A stretch of 60,450 nt of DNA, filler included, from Porpidia crustulata (Eukaryota), in assembly GCA_964255105.1 (NCBI GenBank). It is 8 parts of 8 records of this genome, joined end to end, with 100 filler letters (N's around TTAATTAATTAA, not from the genome) between each part and the next. Parts side by side here need not be neighbours in the genome. Positions count along the whole stretch, not along the records: positions 22,740 to 30,207 come from CAXUWE010001314.1; positions 30,308 to 37,773 come from CAXUWE010001315.1; 6 more parts are not named here. One strand, 5' to 3'. The translations under genes and the position numbers were made by a program. Under the pieces are notes generated by a model. That model saw only the letters and a program-made list of their open reading frames with translations. It made no database searches and was not told where the DNA came from. Shown here one piece after another: positions 23,291 through 35,599 of this stretch. How positions within the stretch are numbered: the stretch's first letter is position 1; every line of letters starts with the position of its first letter.

Positions 23291-24001
23291 CTACATATTT
23301 TCATGAAACATGCTCCTTCTTTCTGTCGGACTAGTATCCTGCCCACCGAGACTGTCCTTTTGCAAATCCCCCTTTCCATCACCCTCTCCTCCCATTGGCC
23401 GTGGACTGACACCCCTTAACTCGCTTCTCTCGGCCTCGTCCCCAAACGGATTGTCCCTCCGCATCTGCTCGTCATATCTGCGGTCCAGTCCATCGTGATC
23501 GCCGCCGATATACCCAGGACCTTCCCGACTTCTACTTCTGCCTCTGCTCATTTCCTCGGCGCCGTAGTCAGGTAAGATCGTCCCACGCCCTCCGTAGCCG
23601 CTCCCAGCGTACGATCCTTCTCCAGGCGCGCCCGGTCGTAAGCCCAATTCCTGCTCTTCGTAGTATCCTCCCGGTCCGTATGCATCCGCTTCATTCCCAA
23701 CCCTGGCATCCCAGGCCTCGTCTGGATCCAGATCTCTCCTCCCACGTCCTCCTAGTGGTTGTTGGTAGCCTGCGCCCGAAGGAGCATTCTTCACTGATTG
23801 AAATTTTGAGCGCACCCAACTAAGTGGGCCCGTTGACGTAGAGGAACTCTCCGATCTTCCTTTCTTAAAGAAAGGGATGTATGATGAAAGGGGTGGAGGT
23901 GGACGGCCAGCGCGTTGGGCGCGTCGGCGGGCGAAGAAGATATAGATGATGGCGATTCCTAGGACGAGGAGGATGATCACAAGGAAAAACAGACCGAACA
24001 T
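23291..24001 (-). CDS. Conserved fungal single-pass membrane protein of unknown function
   Basis: N-terminal TM helix followed by a basic patch; LDPDEAWDARVGNEAD and GGYYEEQELG motifs, an NPF motif and a C-terminal ERRSMFHE; 236-aa intronless ORF. Confidence 0.75.
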   Translation of the reverse strand: MFGLFFLVIILLVLGIAIIYIFFARRRAQRAGRPPPPLSSYIPFFKKGRSESSSTSTGPLSWVRSKFQSVKNAPSGAGYQQPLGGRGRRDLDPDEAWDARVGNEADAYGPGGYYEEQELGLRPGAPGEGSYAGSGYGGRGTILPDYGAEEMSRGRSRSREGPGYIGGDHDGLDRRYDEQMRRDNPFGDEAERSELRGVSPRPMGGEGDGKGDLQKDSLGGQDTSPTERRSMFHENM

Positions 24002-24489
24002 CGTGAGGGTGAAGGAGTCGTACTCGTCTGCAACGCCTCGTGGGCGGACAAATCCTCACGTCGGCAGAGCTTCCAATACCAAGCCAGTGGAGACGATAGT
24101 ATGGCTTAATCGGAGGTTCTTCTGCCAAGCGTAGAAGAAGTCTCGCGCAGTCGACAGGTCACATAATTAGCTGTCTAATCTGGAACAGTATAAGGCCGCC
24201 AACATAGGATCATGGAGGGGCTGGCACGCTGGGTATGTTGGATGTTGTTAGTATAAGATTGGACTAAGCTACAAAATACGAGACAACAGGGCTCGCAGGA
24301 ACGCCGACGAATGACGTTCAGCTTAGTAATCGCGGATCTGCCGCCGGTGTGGTGGGTGGTTAAAAGTACTTGCATAAGCGTTGTGTACCGAGTCGTGCGA
24401 GTTTGATGCGCAACATCGTACTAATTTGCATGCGACGTGAGTATGTTTGTTAATAAATCTTGTGAGTAAAGTAGGTTTTCGGACTACTA

Positions 24490-25938
24490 ATGTCGACGTC
24501 TCACGAGAAACACCAAGCGCTTGAGGATACAGATGCTAATTACAATAATAATATTGTCTACCATATCAAAGAAGGCGGCGACTGCCTGATTCTCGAATCC
24601 GAACGACGCAAAAAGATAATCCATTACGAGGACGTAATAGCTGTGATCAATAACGATAAATCGCTCGATGAGGATCGAGATGAATTACTCACGAAACATT
24701 CAATTCTGCTCGTAGGTGGACAGACGGAAGATTCGACCAGAAAGGAGTTCGCTTTTGAACATTACCAGCTCGAGAACGTTTCGCAGCCAATTTTGAATGA
24801 CTATTGTATTCCATCGCGTCCACCTCATCTATTCTTTCTGCCAGAATCCGAGAACAGCTTGCCAAATTTGTATGTAATCATTTCTGTACGATCGGGCACT
24901 GGCGAGGCGGAGCGATTCTTTGAAAATGTCGTTCGAAAAGCTTTCAAGGCTGTAGGCCTTGGGGAGCAAGCTTATCAGACTCATATTACTGAATCCGAGA
25001 AGTCTATCACCGAGCTAACACATTCAATACTTTTACCACGCGCCAACGATGGTGTTGCCCAAACAATCCTCCTTCTGTCAGGCGATGGCGGGATAGTAGA
25101 TATCGTCAATGTGCTGCTCTCATCTTTACAGAGTCCACGCTATGTCAAGCCGGCTATTGGACTCGTGGTTATGGGCACAGGGAACGCTCTAGCCAACTCT
25201 ACTGGCCTCAACCATGGCATGACGAGAGGCCTCGGCATATTCCTTCGAGGCGTACCTCACAGTCTACCCACCTTCAAGGCAAGCTTCTCACCCGGGTCTA
25301 AGTTCCTTATAGAGGAAGTTAGAACTAGAGAGCCCTTGCCACTGACGGACGATGGCTTTGGTGTGGTATTTGGGGCAGTGGTGTGTAGCTGGGCTCTTCA
25401 TGCTTCGCTAGTTGCGGATAGCGACACCACGGAATATCGAAAGCATGGGACGAGTCGCTTCCAAATGGCTGCCAGGGAATTACTCGCGCCTTCTGACGGC
25501 TCTCAACCACATATTTATAAAGGAGAGGTTACACTCGTCAGAAAGAGCCAAGATGGCCAGGAAACCCAAGAAATTTTGAGGCGCCATGAGCATATGTACA
25601 TGCTTGCCACTCTCGTTTCAAACCTGGAAGAAAAGCTGACCATCTCACCTTCTTCTCAGCCGCTAGATGGCCAGCTTCGTTTAGTCCACTTTGGTGCAAT
25701 GTCCAGCACTGAAGTTATGAGGATATTGGGGATGGCGTTCCAAGGTGGAGGCCATGTTGGAGATAAGTCGGTAGGATACGAGAGTATTGACGGCTTGAGA
25801 ATTGAATTTGATGAGAAGGACAGTCGCTGGCGACGAGTATGTGTGGACGGTAAGATAATTGAAGTGAGTGAGGGTGGCTGGATGGAGGTGCGGAAGAGCA
25901 CAAGAGACGTAGTTGACATAATCGCGGACCTGCAATAA
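24490..25938 (+). CDS. Diacylglycerol-kinase catalytic-domain protein (sphingoid/lipid kinase family)
   Basis: ISVRSGTG, LLSGDGGIVDIVN, MGTGNALA and the C-terminal VCVDG motif. Confidence 0.88.
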   Translation: MSTSHEKHQALEDTDANYNNNIVYHIKEGGDCLILESERRKKIIHYEDVIAVINNDKSLDEDRDELLTKHSILLVGGQTEDSTRKEFAFEHYQLENVSQPILNDYCIPSRPPHLFFLPESENSLPNLYVIISVRSGTGEAERFFENVVRKAFKAVGLGEQAYQTHITESEKSITELTHSILLPRANDGVAQTILLLSGDGGIVDIVNVLLSSLQSPRYVKPAIGLVVMGTGNALANSTGLNHGMTRGLGIFLRGVPHSLPTFKASFSPGSKFLIEEVRTREPLPLTDDGFGVVFGAVVCSWALHASLVADSDTTEYRKHGTSRFQMAARELLAPSDGSQPHIYKGEVTLVRKSQDGQETQEILRRHEHMYMLATLVSNLEEKLTISPSSQPLDGQLRLVHFGAMSSTEVMRILGMAFQGGGHVGDKSVGYESIDGLRIEFDEKDSRWRRVCVDGKIIEVSEGGWMEVRKSTRDVVDIIADLQ

Positions 25939-26425
25939 CCAAACCATGTTTAGATGGTCTTCTCATTATGAAAGCAGCTCAAGGGAAAATGTCTTGGAAG
26001 ACTGGTCGTTGTCTGTTCTCATAGGATGTGTCGGACCATGTGATAGAAACGGTCACCAGGTAGGTGTTGGAAGTTGAATATCTAAAAGCAGAATCCTGCA
26101 AAACTTAATTGCCTGTTGTAGAACTATCTAGCATCTGAAAAAGGTACGTGTTGTGATTTTTGAGTAAAATAAACAAACAACCAAGACTTCTTTAAGGCTG
26201 AATGAAGCAGAGTGGCTGAGAGACCGGCGCCAAGGATTCCGCTCCGCCCTAATCGCATCCTTGCCAACTACGTGGTCAACGACGTGGGCTTCCGCATCAA
26301 TGCTTGTGACACCACACACTTACCAGCAGCTCGGGATTCTTGAAAGAAACTATAAGAGGAAAGGCAATTTCCTGCCCGATACTGGCTGGCTAGTAGCTCC
26401 GGACGCGGTCCGTAATGCGCGTAGT

Positions 26426-29400
26426 ATGCTGCTTGTGCACCAGGTCGGAAGCGTCAGGATCGGTGAAGTTGTGCGGTACGTTCATATATATATAATTTCC
26501 GAGCTATGCTTATTAAATATAGCTATACTATAACATACTCGCCATCTGAAGATCCCATCCTTCCAACTCCAGGGGAGCTTTGCGTGAGGATCAGGAACAC
26601 ATCTGCGATACCGCTAAGGGCGGCTTATCTCCACGGACCGTACACCTTGTATGCGGCGTGCTATCCTTCTACGTTCAATCCAAACCAGGAAGATGAGGCG
26701 CCTTCGCATGCTGGTTCTCCAACATTCGAGCCCAATCTCAAAGCCGGTGGAAGCTGGCAAAGTCGACTTACTGTCCCAGAAAATATTCGAGAAAGAGTGG
26801 GCAAAGCGAACTTAAGAAGGACGACTGATGGTAAAGTTCCGAGCTTCACTTGGATCATCGAAGTCTCCTCCCAGGTCATATTCTCTACATCTGCGACAGT
26901 CCACTACGAGTTATTGGTCGGGAGGGATGAGAAATCCATTGAGCTAGGCTTCTCGGGTTCAGCGTTACAAGCAAACGCAGCGCCAGGTCATTTGCAGGAT
27001 CATAACAAAGGGAAGAGAAGTAAGGATGACCGTACCACTGCGCAGCGCAAGGGAGTCCTCTCGAAAGCTGTGGACTTAAAGGTTGATGACACAGAGAGTC
27101 TTTGGAGTAAACCCATATTGCCGGGCTGGGATGATGAAGGAAAGCATAGAGGTAAGAGGCGCGAAAGGCTAAACCCCGGGCACGGCGAAGCGTATTCTTC
27201 GCCCGTAAGCAGAGATGGAACGACACTGGAGAGCAATCAAACAAGCAAGGAGTCGGAGGAAAAGAAGACCAAAAAGATCCATCTCGTAGTCCTAACACAC
27301 GGGCTCCACAGCAACCTAGGTGCAGATATGCTATATCTGAAGGAGAGCATTGACGCAGCTGCAAAACAAGCTCGGGTGGATGCCAGAAGACGAAAACGCG
27401 TGCTGAAAAATCGTGGCTCAGGGCACAACGGCCGAAGTAGAGAGCAGTCCATACGAGATGTCAAAGATACAAGCGATGGTGGAACGTCGACGGCACCTTT
27501 ATCAGGCGGTCAGGACGAGCTAGACCCAGACAATGAGGATGATTCTGAAGCCGAGGAGGTCGTTGTCAGAGGCTTCTCCGGAAATGCTGTGAGAACAGAG
27601 AAGGGCATACAATATCTTGGGAAGCGTCTCGCTAAATATGTACTTTCAATGACCTACCCGGACCAGCCTTTTCTACCCGTTAAGAAGTCGGTCAAAAAAA
27701 AGCTTTCCCAAGCTTTCACAAACGATCACGCCTCTGGCTTAGAGCGTGCCCCGGCGTCTCATGATCACAGCAGTATCCATCGTGCCCCAATGAAAACCCA
27801 CCACCTCGCATACCGAATCACGAGTATAAGTTTCATTGCTCACTCTCTAGGAGGTTTGACTCAAACATATGCAGTTGCATATATCCACAAGCACTCTCCA
27901 CAGTTCTTTCGACTCATACGACCCATCAACTTTGTCGCAATGGCTTCCCCATTTCTTGGTCTTAGTAATGAGAATCCCTTATATGTTAAATTTGCCCTTG
28001 ATTTTGGGCTCGTTGGCAGGACTGGTCAAGATCTTGGGTTGACCTGGAGAGGTTCGACTATGGTACGAAGCGGTTGGGGTGCCATGATAGGTGGAATAGG
28101 TTCTGAAGCTCAGAGAGCTCACCGACGGCCGGATCCAGGGGCAAAGCCATTATTACGCATTTTACCAACTGGTCCAGCCCATCAAGTTCTGAAATTATTC
28201 CGCAACAGAACGGTATATTCGAACGTGGTTAATGATGGGATTGTACCATTACGAACATCTTGCCTTCTTTTCCTAGACTGGGGAGGACTAGGGCGTGTTG
28301 AGAAAGCGAGGCGTGAGAATGGCCTTGTCGGTACAGTAGCTGGATGGGGCTGGGCCGAGTTGACAGGAGCAAACTCATCTTCACATACTCATGCTAGGCG
28401 AGATTACGAGTCAGATTCTCCTATTGACGAGAGTGGCGAAGAAGCGAGAGGTAGATCTCCGTCGGGAAAACGGCAAGCCGTCGTGCCCCAGCCTGCGGAT
28501 AATGCAACAGAAGACGATTCGGCTACAGCAAGTCAGCAGGAGCCAGAAGGACACCAATATCTTGCTGGGAATCGCTTTGAAGATGAAAGAGAAGGCTCGT
28601 CCAGGGTTCAGTCACCTTCACAGCCATCACCGGCTTTGATTGGCTTCTTCGATTTTCTACGTCCAAATCAACCAAAAAGCCATCAGCATTCACCCAGGCA
28701 AAGAAAGATCTACAATAGAAGTCAGACCACAAAAAGCGAACTGGGTGAGGGGGCAAGCCAGTCATCCGTGAGCACAGACGGTATAACTTCACCAAGTCGT
28801 AATGTTGTAGCAGGCGACGCAGCCCCTGACAATCCGGAGGATGTCTTCGCCCCTCCAAAAACCACATTCTTCGAGTCTGCAGGGGACATCCTTAACCCAC
28901 CATTACCTTCAGAAGATTTCATCATCAATCCAGTCAATCGGCCACGGACCATTTTTCATGATCGTGTATACCATCCAGACGATATCCCACCTCCCCCTCC
29001 AAAAAAACGAATGAGTCTACGAAGGTCTTCCTCTAGCGATGCAGGAACCGGCGCCTCAATGTCCAACGCAAGTTATGCTCGCCAAATCAATAGCAATCAG
29101 CCAGATACTAGCGGTATGAAGGTCGAAGAGAAGATTGCGCGCGCCTACCATAACGAACTCTCATGGCGGAAAGTTCTCGTCCGCCTTGAACCAGACGCTC
29201 ACAACAATATCATCGTCCGCCGCATGTTCTCAAACGCTTATGGTTGGCCAGTTATTAAACATCTAGTTGATACGCACTTCGCCGACACCTATGCAGCAAC
29301 CACAGCCGACGAGCAAGAACCGAATGAAGATCGCGCGAAACCCATGCAAGAGCCCGTAGGCGAACATGGTGAGGAATTGAAACCTGATCCCGGAAAGCAT

Positions 29401-29925
29401 CTCCTCCGCACCGACAGCGAGAAGCGCGAAGCCAATGATCATGTCTCCGACCTGAATTCGATCGCCACGAGTAGTATGAGCAGCAAAGCCTCAAGACCGA
29501 GGATCTGGAGAGACGACTCGGCGCAGTGGGATGATGCGTTCTTTGAAGCCACAGACGATGACGATGATATTGATAGTCCAATTGAAGCAAGACGACAGCG
29601 TAGCATTTCTCTTCCTGAGAACAGGCCGGGAGGTTTGCAGGAGGAAGATGTTCATGGGGCTACGCGTAGGGAGATTACGGGGGTTTTAAGCGCTTCACCT
29701 CCAAAGGTAGAAGGAGGCTTAGGTAATGAGAATAGAGTGACTGCAAGTGCAACGCCGGTGACGCTACGTGGAGGCACCACGAGCGTGGGGTTGGGGAAAG
29801 CGGTGGAGAAGCAGCTAGAGACGTTGGGGAGAGCGACGAGTGAGGAGGCCGGAGATGGGGGAGAGCATCATAAAGGCGGCGTTTCGGCTGATGTGGCGAG
29901 ATTGAGCATTGGGAAAGGCGCATGA
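26426..29925 (+). CDS. DUF676 putative lipase/serine esterase, ROG1-like
   Basis: MLLVHQVGSVRIGEVVR|YTITY (intron 26476-26522); HLVVLTHGLHSN; SISFIAHSLGGL; YSNVVNDGIVPLRTS; DAHNNIIVRR. Confidence 0.9.
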
Positions 29926-30157
29926 GCGATTCGTTGCATCTGCTTTTGTATAGGCATCGGACGTTGGGTGTTGTGCGAGTGATACCATCTCGGAGTGTTG
30001 CTGTCGAAGCGCAATGTATTTAGTTCTACATAAATATTTGCAATGGGCTACATTAACGATAGTTGGACATGGTCAGGTCTTGAATATTTTATTGCCTATG
30101 ATGCTGATCTCTTTCCTTCTTGTTTTAGAAATCATCCTACTATCCTAGGCTAAGGGT

Positions 30158-30207
30158 TAGGAGTATTCCCGGGCCCGTGCACGTTCCGGTCCCGTGCACA
30201 CCCCACT
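30158..30207. mobile_element. Putative DNA-transposon terminus (17-bp tandem direct repeat) at a contig end
   Basis: ttcccgggcccgtgcac / gttccggtcccgtgcac at 30166-30199, shortly after a TA and immediately before the contig break. Confidence 0.3.
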
Positions 30208-30307
30208 NNNNNNNNNNNNNNNNNNNNNNNNNNNNNNNNNNNNNNNNNNNNTTAATTAATTAANNNNNNNNNNNNNNNNNNNNNNNNNNNNNNNNNNNNN
30301 NNNNNNN
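30208..30307. other. Artificial contig linker
   Basis: N44-TTAATTAATTAA-N44. Confidence 0.99.
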
Positions 30308-31307
30308 ATTCCCTCCCGATCCCTCCTCTCCGCATCTACCGCCCCCTCCGACACCTCGTCCAACACAAACTTACCCATCAGCCCGTTCCGCCACCTTTGG
30401 ATCATCCACAGCGCTGCCGCCTCCTCATCGGGCGTGCCACCTTTTTGCAGCCGCCCCGTCGCCAACGCCAGCGCGGCGAGAAGCTCCATGATATCATTTG
30501 TCGGCGGGGAGTATTCCGAGTACAGGGACGGGTCGTGCAGATTCAAATGATAAAGGAGGTAATCCGCCAGCATCGTCGGCGCGATAATCGTATCCTTGAC
30601 GCTCCCGCACAGCGCAAGCTTGAGCATTGCCTGAGCGTCCGGCACGTACGGCACAGATACCCCCGGCGTGTCGACCAGATACACGCCCTCGCCGTGCTCG
30701 GCGCCCTCGATGATCTTGACCGTGGTGCCGATCTTGCGGGTGACGCCGGGCTGGGCGCCCGTAGACGCGGCTTTGGGCTTGCAAACGCCGAGGTTGCGCA
30801 GGGCGTTGAGGAGGGAGGATTTGCCGACGTTGGGCATGCCGACGATCATCATGCAGGAGCCAGTGAGGGCGTTGCGGGCGCGGGCGTGCGAGTGGGCGAA
30901 GTTGAGGACTTTGCGGACTGAGGAGCGGTCGCGGTGGTTCGAGAAGAGGGTGGGGGAGGGGTGGTGCCAAGTTTGGATGAGGGCTTCTCTCTATGCGCGG
31001 GGCCGTTTAGTAGTACTCTTTCTCTTATAGGTGATCTTGAACGTACAGCTCTATCTTCACGCTTGCCCTCGCTGCCCAGGTCTTGCTTCGTGTAGACGAT
31101 CAGTCTCTCGCGGCCTGATAGATTCTCTTCGAATAATGGATTGCGAGAGGTGAGAGGGACTCGGTAGTCGCGACATTCAATCACGAGGTCTATGTATGTG
31201 AGCATTGTCTTCATCTTTGCGAGTCCAGTGCGGTGATGGCCTAGGAAATATGACCGAGGAAGCGATTCGAGGGTCGGAAACACCTGACGAGGAAGGAAAG
31301 ACGCCAT
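30308..31307 (-). CDS. MTG1: Mitochondrial ribosome-associated GTPase 1 (RbgA/YlqF family); 3' end truncated
   Basis: DLVIECRDYRVPLTSRNP, YTKQDL, VGMPNVGKSS, PGVT and DTPG in circularly permuted order; one intron at ~30992-31046. Confidence 0.92.
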
Positions 31308-33592
31308 TGAGGCCACTGCCGCGGAGACTCATGTTGGCAAATTCCGTATAGTTAACAGCATGTCCGAAGGATGGATGTGATATGAGAATCCTGAGGCTCA
31401 GGCTTTTCTTGTGGTTTATGGATCTATTTGGGCGGCGAAGCATCCAAGCACGCCGAGGTCGAGAAATTCTAATACTAAACTATAAAGAGCTTAGTGCCCC
31501 CTAGCTAGGTATTACACCAAGTTTGCTTGCCGTACACTCTCATGACTCCCACGACTCTCGATCTCTCATCCGTACACCCTCTTTCTAATCGGAGATGATA
31601 GGAAATTAATCAAATGCACACGCTCAATGTACAGGTCACGAAATCTTTCGAGCATTCTTGATGAAAGGAGTCATTTCAAAAGAGATTTTCAGACAAACGA
31701 GGCCGAAAAGCTCTGTTTTAGACACGGCTCAATTCTCTTCACTCATTACAATGAAAACGCACTATTCAGAATTGTAGAGTCATTTAAAGGCCTTAGGCGG
31801 TTTGTTTTATGAACTTCTGACAATTCTCATTTTGTTGCTCATCTTCTCCATATTTTCTTCCTTTTCTAATCTTCTCTCTTTTCTCGCCCTGGCTTTCGCA
31901 TTTGCTGATCTTGTTCATTCGCCGCTGCTTCTGTCTCTTCGTCTGCGATGTGACGTGAAAATTTGATGGAGGATAGGGTGCTAACCCTACCACTAAGCTT
32001 ACTAGGGAGGTGATGTATGAGCAGGAGATAAGGGACGTGCGAGTACGCAAAGGTGGTGTGTCGTTATATGCGCTCATTTCATTTTCAGTTAAATCTAGTC
32101 CCATCCTAGAGGGTGAGCAATAACGCTTTAACCTGGGCTTGAGGTGAACCTTGGGTGAGCCCTCAAGGAGCGCTCCCTGAGCAAATCCCTGAGCTACAGA
32201 TGGAGGGAGCCTGAGCAGGCTAAAATTGCCTATCGAGTTTTCATCGCCGGTTCCGGCTACTCTGGGCCTGGCTGTTCCCTAACGTTCCTGCCTGCGTGAT
32301 TGGTCCACATCTTCCAACTTTCAAGTCTCTTCTATCTACTTCATTCAGTAGATCAGCTCCCTATCGCCAAACTGATTTCTTGGACGTTTAGCAATCATTC
32401 ATATTAATGATCTCTTCATCCCGTTAGAGCAGTTCAGGACATCATCAGCGGAAAACCTAAACAGATAGGCCGTCATCTTGGCCCATGAGAGAGACTTTTT
32501 AGAACTTTCACGACCACCAACAGTTCCTTGGTTCTATGTGCAATGGTGAATCCAGACTGGCGAAATTGTTCTACATCACTCAGATTAATGTATAATGACT
32601 GCATTGCGTTTGACGCTTTCTATCAATTTCTACTATTTATCTACCGTCTAACTCACACTGGCGACCCTGATGACCTATGATACACCATACGAGAAATTTT
32701 CCCATTCGCCCGCCGGCTTGAAAAGCTGGAGTGCCATTCTCTGCGCTATATTTCCCTGATTCGGCGTGGGACGGCAATGTATGAAGTAGACCGCGACTGC
32801 AGCGTTTGCTTTACTGGCCGGCATAGGAAGAACGGCCCGCACTCCTGTCATGGATTCAACTGAGGCTGTGGGAGTGTGATAAAATTTAGCTACAAAGGAA
32901 GAAGTGTCGGTGCATCAAAGCAGTGTGCAAGTGCCACCGGCCCTCAATGAAGATTTTGCGGCTTAGCTCCCGCAGAGCCTCAAGAAGAGGGGGCTGAGGT
33001 AAATCCATGACAGTCAGGGAGGTCCAGATCTCGCTTTTGGGTCAGGAAGCCAGGAGTGCAGTGATATTAGAACGTGCCGGCGCACACCACCTCATCACCG
33101 AATTCCCGGTGAGGCTTCCCATTCAGCCTCTATCACAAGGCGGGAAACTGAACGGCGAATCATAAATGTATATGATTGAATACGGTTGCACACTTCCTAT
33201 CTAGACCAACTATTACGTATTAGACACACCCATAAAGCAAGTGTTCTCAGTGATATTGTTTAGTTCGGCATGACACGAGAACCTACAACATCATTGGCGA
33301 ATTAGTCATTCACCCACTCGCAACACAATCACAAACGGTGTTGCATTATTATTAGCACAAAGTCATTGTTGCAACCAGGAACGTTGGCGATCTCCGCCCC
33401 ATAGGTCTGAAGGCGTTAGCAGATATTTTCTAGTCCTTCTCCTTTTTACCCTCTTGATAGCCTCCTAGCTGTAACATCATCAACGTCGATGCCCATCAAT
33501 CCATACCTGGTATATCAGCAGCCATCTGCCTTCTTACAACGATGTAAGAGCAAAGGGAAAAAGGGTGGGATTTTGGTAATAGCCAAAAAATT

Positions 33593-33713
33593 TGAACCCT
33601 GTCAGATTTGAACTGGCAACCTTTCGATCTGGAGTCGCTGTGATATATTAACAACCGCACATACGTAAAGAAAGGGGCAGCCCTACAACGCGCTACCGTT
33701 GCGCCAAAGGTCC
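33593..33713 (-). tRNA. tRNA-Trp(CCA) interrupted by a 49-nt GT-AG intron-like insertion at position 28/29
   Basis: Exon 1 33713-33687 plus exon 2 33637-33593 gives GGACCTT TG GCGC AACGGTA GCGC G TT^CGA CTCCAGA TCGAA AGGTT GCCAG TTCAAAT CTGAC AGGGTTC A (72 nt, full cloverleaf, one C-A mismatch in the T stem). A T6 Pol III terminator follows at 33585-33590. Confidence 0.88.
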
Positions 33714-35599
33714 AGAGATAAATAAAAACTGCTTATATCATATATAATTTGCCTAAACTAGCCTGAGCATAAACGTTCCCACCCCTCAACGGACCACTCA
33801 AACCAAAATGGCAGAACCCTACCCTTAGACCAGGTGGTCCGACAAGAGGTGCGGTCTGATGAGGGGTGTAAACAAGTATCGTAAAAGAAAGAAGAAAGAA
33901 ACAGAAAGCAGACGGTCGAGGGATCTGACATCCACGAATTGATTTTGACAATGAACTCGCGCCTGTGTTTTGTCTTCATTTTCAACATTGTGTCGTAATC
34001 GTCAAGAAACAATTAAAAGTTTCTAGGACAATCGAACCACATTCTTGTAACACCAGGTACTATCCATAACGTGGGGACCAAACCTATCCACAACATGGGG
34101 GACCAACCCGTAACACCATGAATGGATTCACCGGGCTAATGAGCTCAGACGCCTACAACTTCGCATCAAACTGGTCATATCTGTTCAGAGTAATTCATAC
34201 TAAGTTGAGCCCTTTCCAGAGCAGCAATGCTATAGTGATCACATTACCACGGACTACACCAAGAGGCAGTGGAAATAGTCACGCAGGAGCCATTGTGAAT
34301 ATGGAAAACATGACAGCGTACTCACTCTGGAAGACACTACGAAGAATAATTTCATAATTGTTTTGCTTGAGTCTCAATTAAACGGGACCGAAGTTTATAT
34401 TTGGAAAAATCTTTGTTTTACAGTACATCCGGCAGAATCAAAAGGGCACATTCGTCTTCGTTACGTCTCAGTGGAGTATGGGAGACAGCCATCTCAGGAG
34501 AGGATGTATTTTCTTGTGGGTGCTCTATCTTCAGATTCTCGCTCTCTGTTGCTAACATGTGATCTAGCATAAAATATGATATTGATCTACGTGATGGGGC
34601 TGGCATGCCTTGTTTGGTTGCGAGCGGAGGTTTCTGAGAATATGGTTACCGTCCCCATTCCCCGTCTCGTGAAAACGCAAGAGCTAGACATGCTGAACTA
34701 TTTAGCTGTGGGAGCAAGAGACTGGCTTCGATTGGACCAAGAAAACATTAAATCCGGCACATCGAAGGAAAATGCTAAGTATAGTGAATCTACGAAAATT
34801 ACAAAAGGGAGACCAGAGTCTTTCATACGGCGTCAATTTGCCACGGCACGGTGTTGTGCGCCTACCTCCTGGTGTATTGATCTCATGAAACCGCTTGTGA
34901 ATAGAGCCAGTAGGCTATGAAAATATACAGCTCCGTAAAAGCTTCACGTCGACCAGTCGCTGCTTAACAGAGACATTAAGTAATGAATGCTACATTTTAT
35001 TACCTAGCAAGATGCGTAATCCGAATACAACTTGCTACACATATCAATCTCTCACTACGAATATATCCCTGGCGCGAATTTCGGTCACCGCTGTTGTTTA
35101 GAATGCCGCTTCAATAAACAAATTCAACAAGATCCTGCATTACCTACTTTCTTCTAAATCCCCTCAAGGAACTTCATATTGCTCTTTAAGAGAGTGACAT
35201 TTTCTGTTGTACTCAACTCAACTCATCCCTACCTCGATCACCAGTATCCTACGTTTGACTCGCTATCTGCTCATTCTCTGATCAGCATTAGCCGATCCCA
35301 CGGACTTGGAAAAATCACAAGTATAGATAGAATCCATTCACGCCATTGCAAGGATTAGGGTTAGCAAGTTAGGTCTCAAAGTCGGGACTCGGCACGATGA
35401 CACCTTAACCAGGCCAATGAGCGCCCGCCAAAACGGCCCAACTACGACATCACTGCAAGACCTTTCTGTTCATGATTTAATCTGTCTAGATAATCAATAT
35501 CCTCAATCTCATCAGACTATCATCACAAACATGAACACCTTTAGGAAACAACGAACCAAGCTTACCTGACCTGCACAGCTGTCAGACCTCTTTGAGAGC

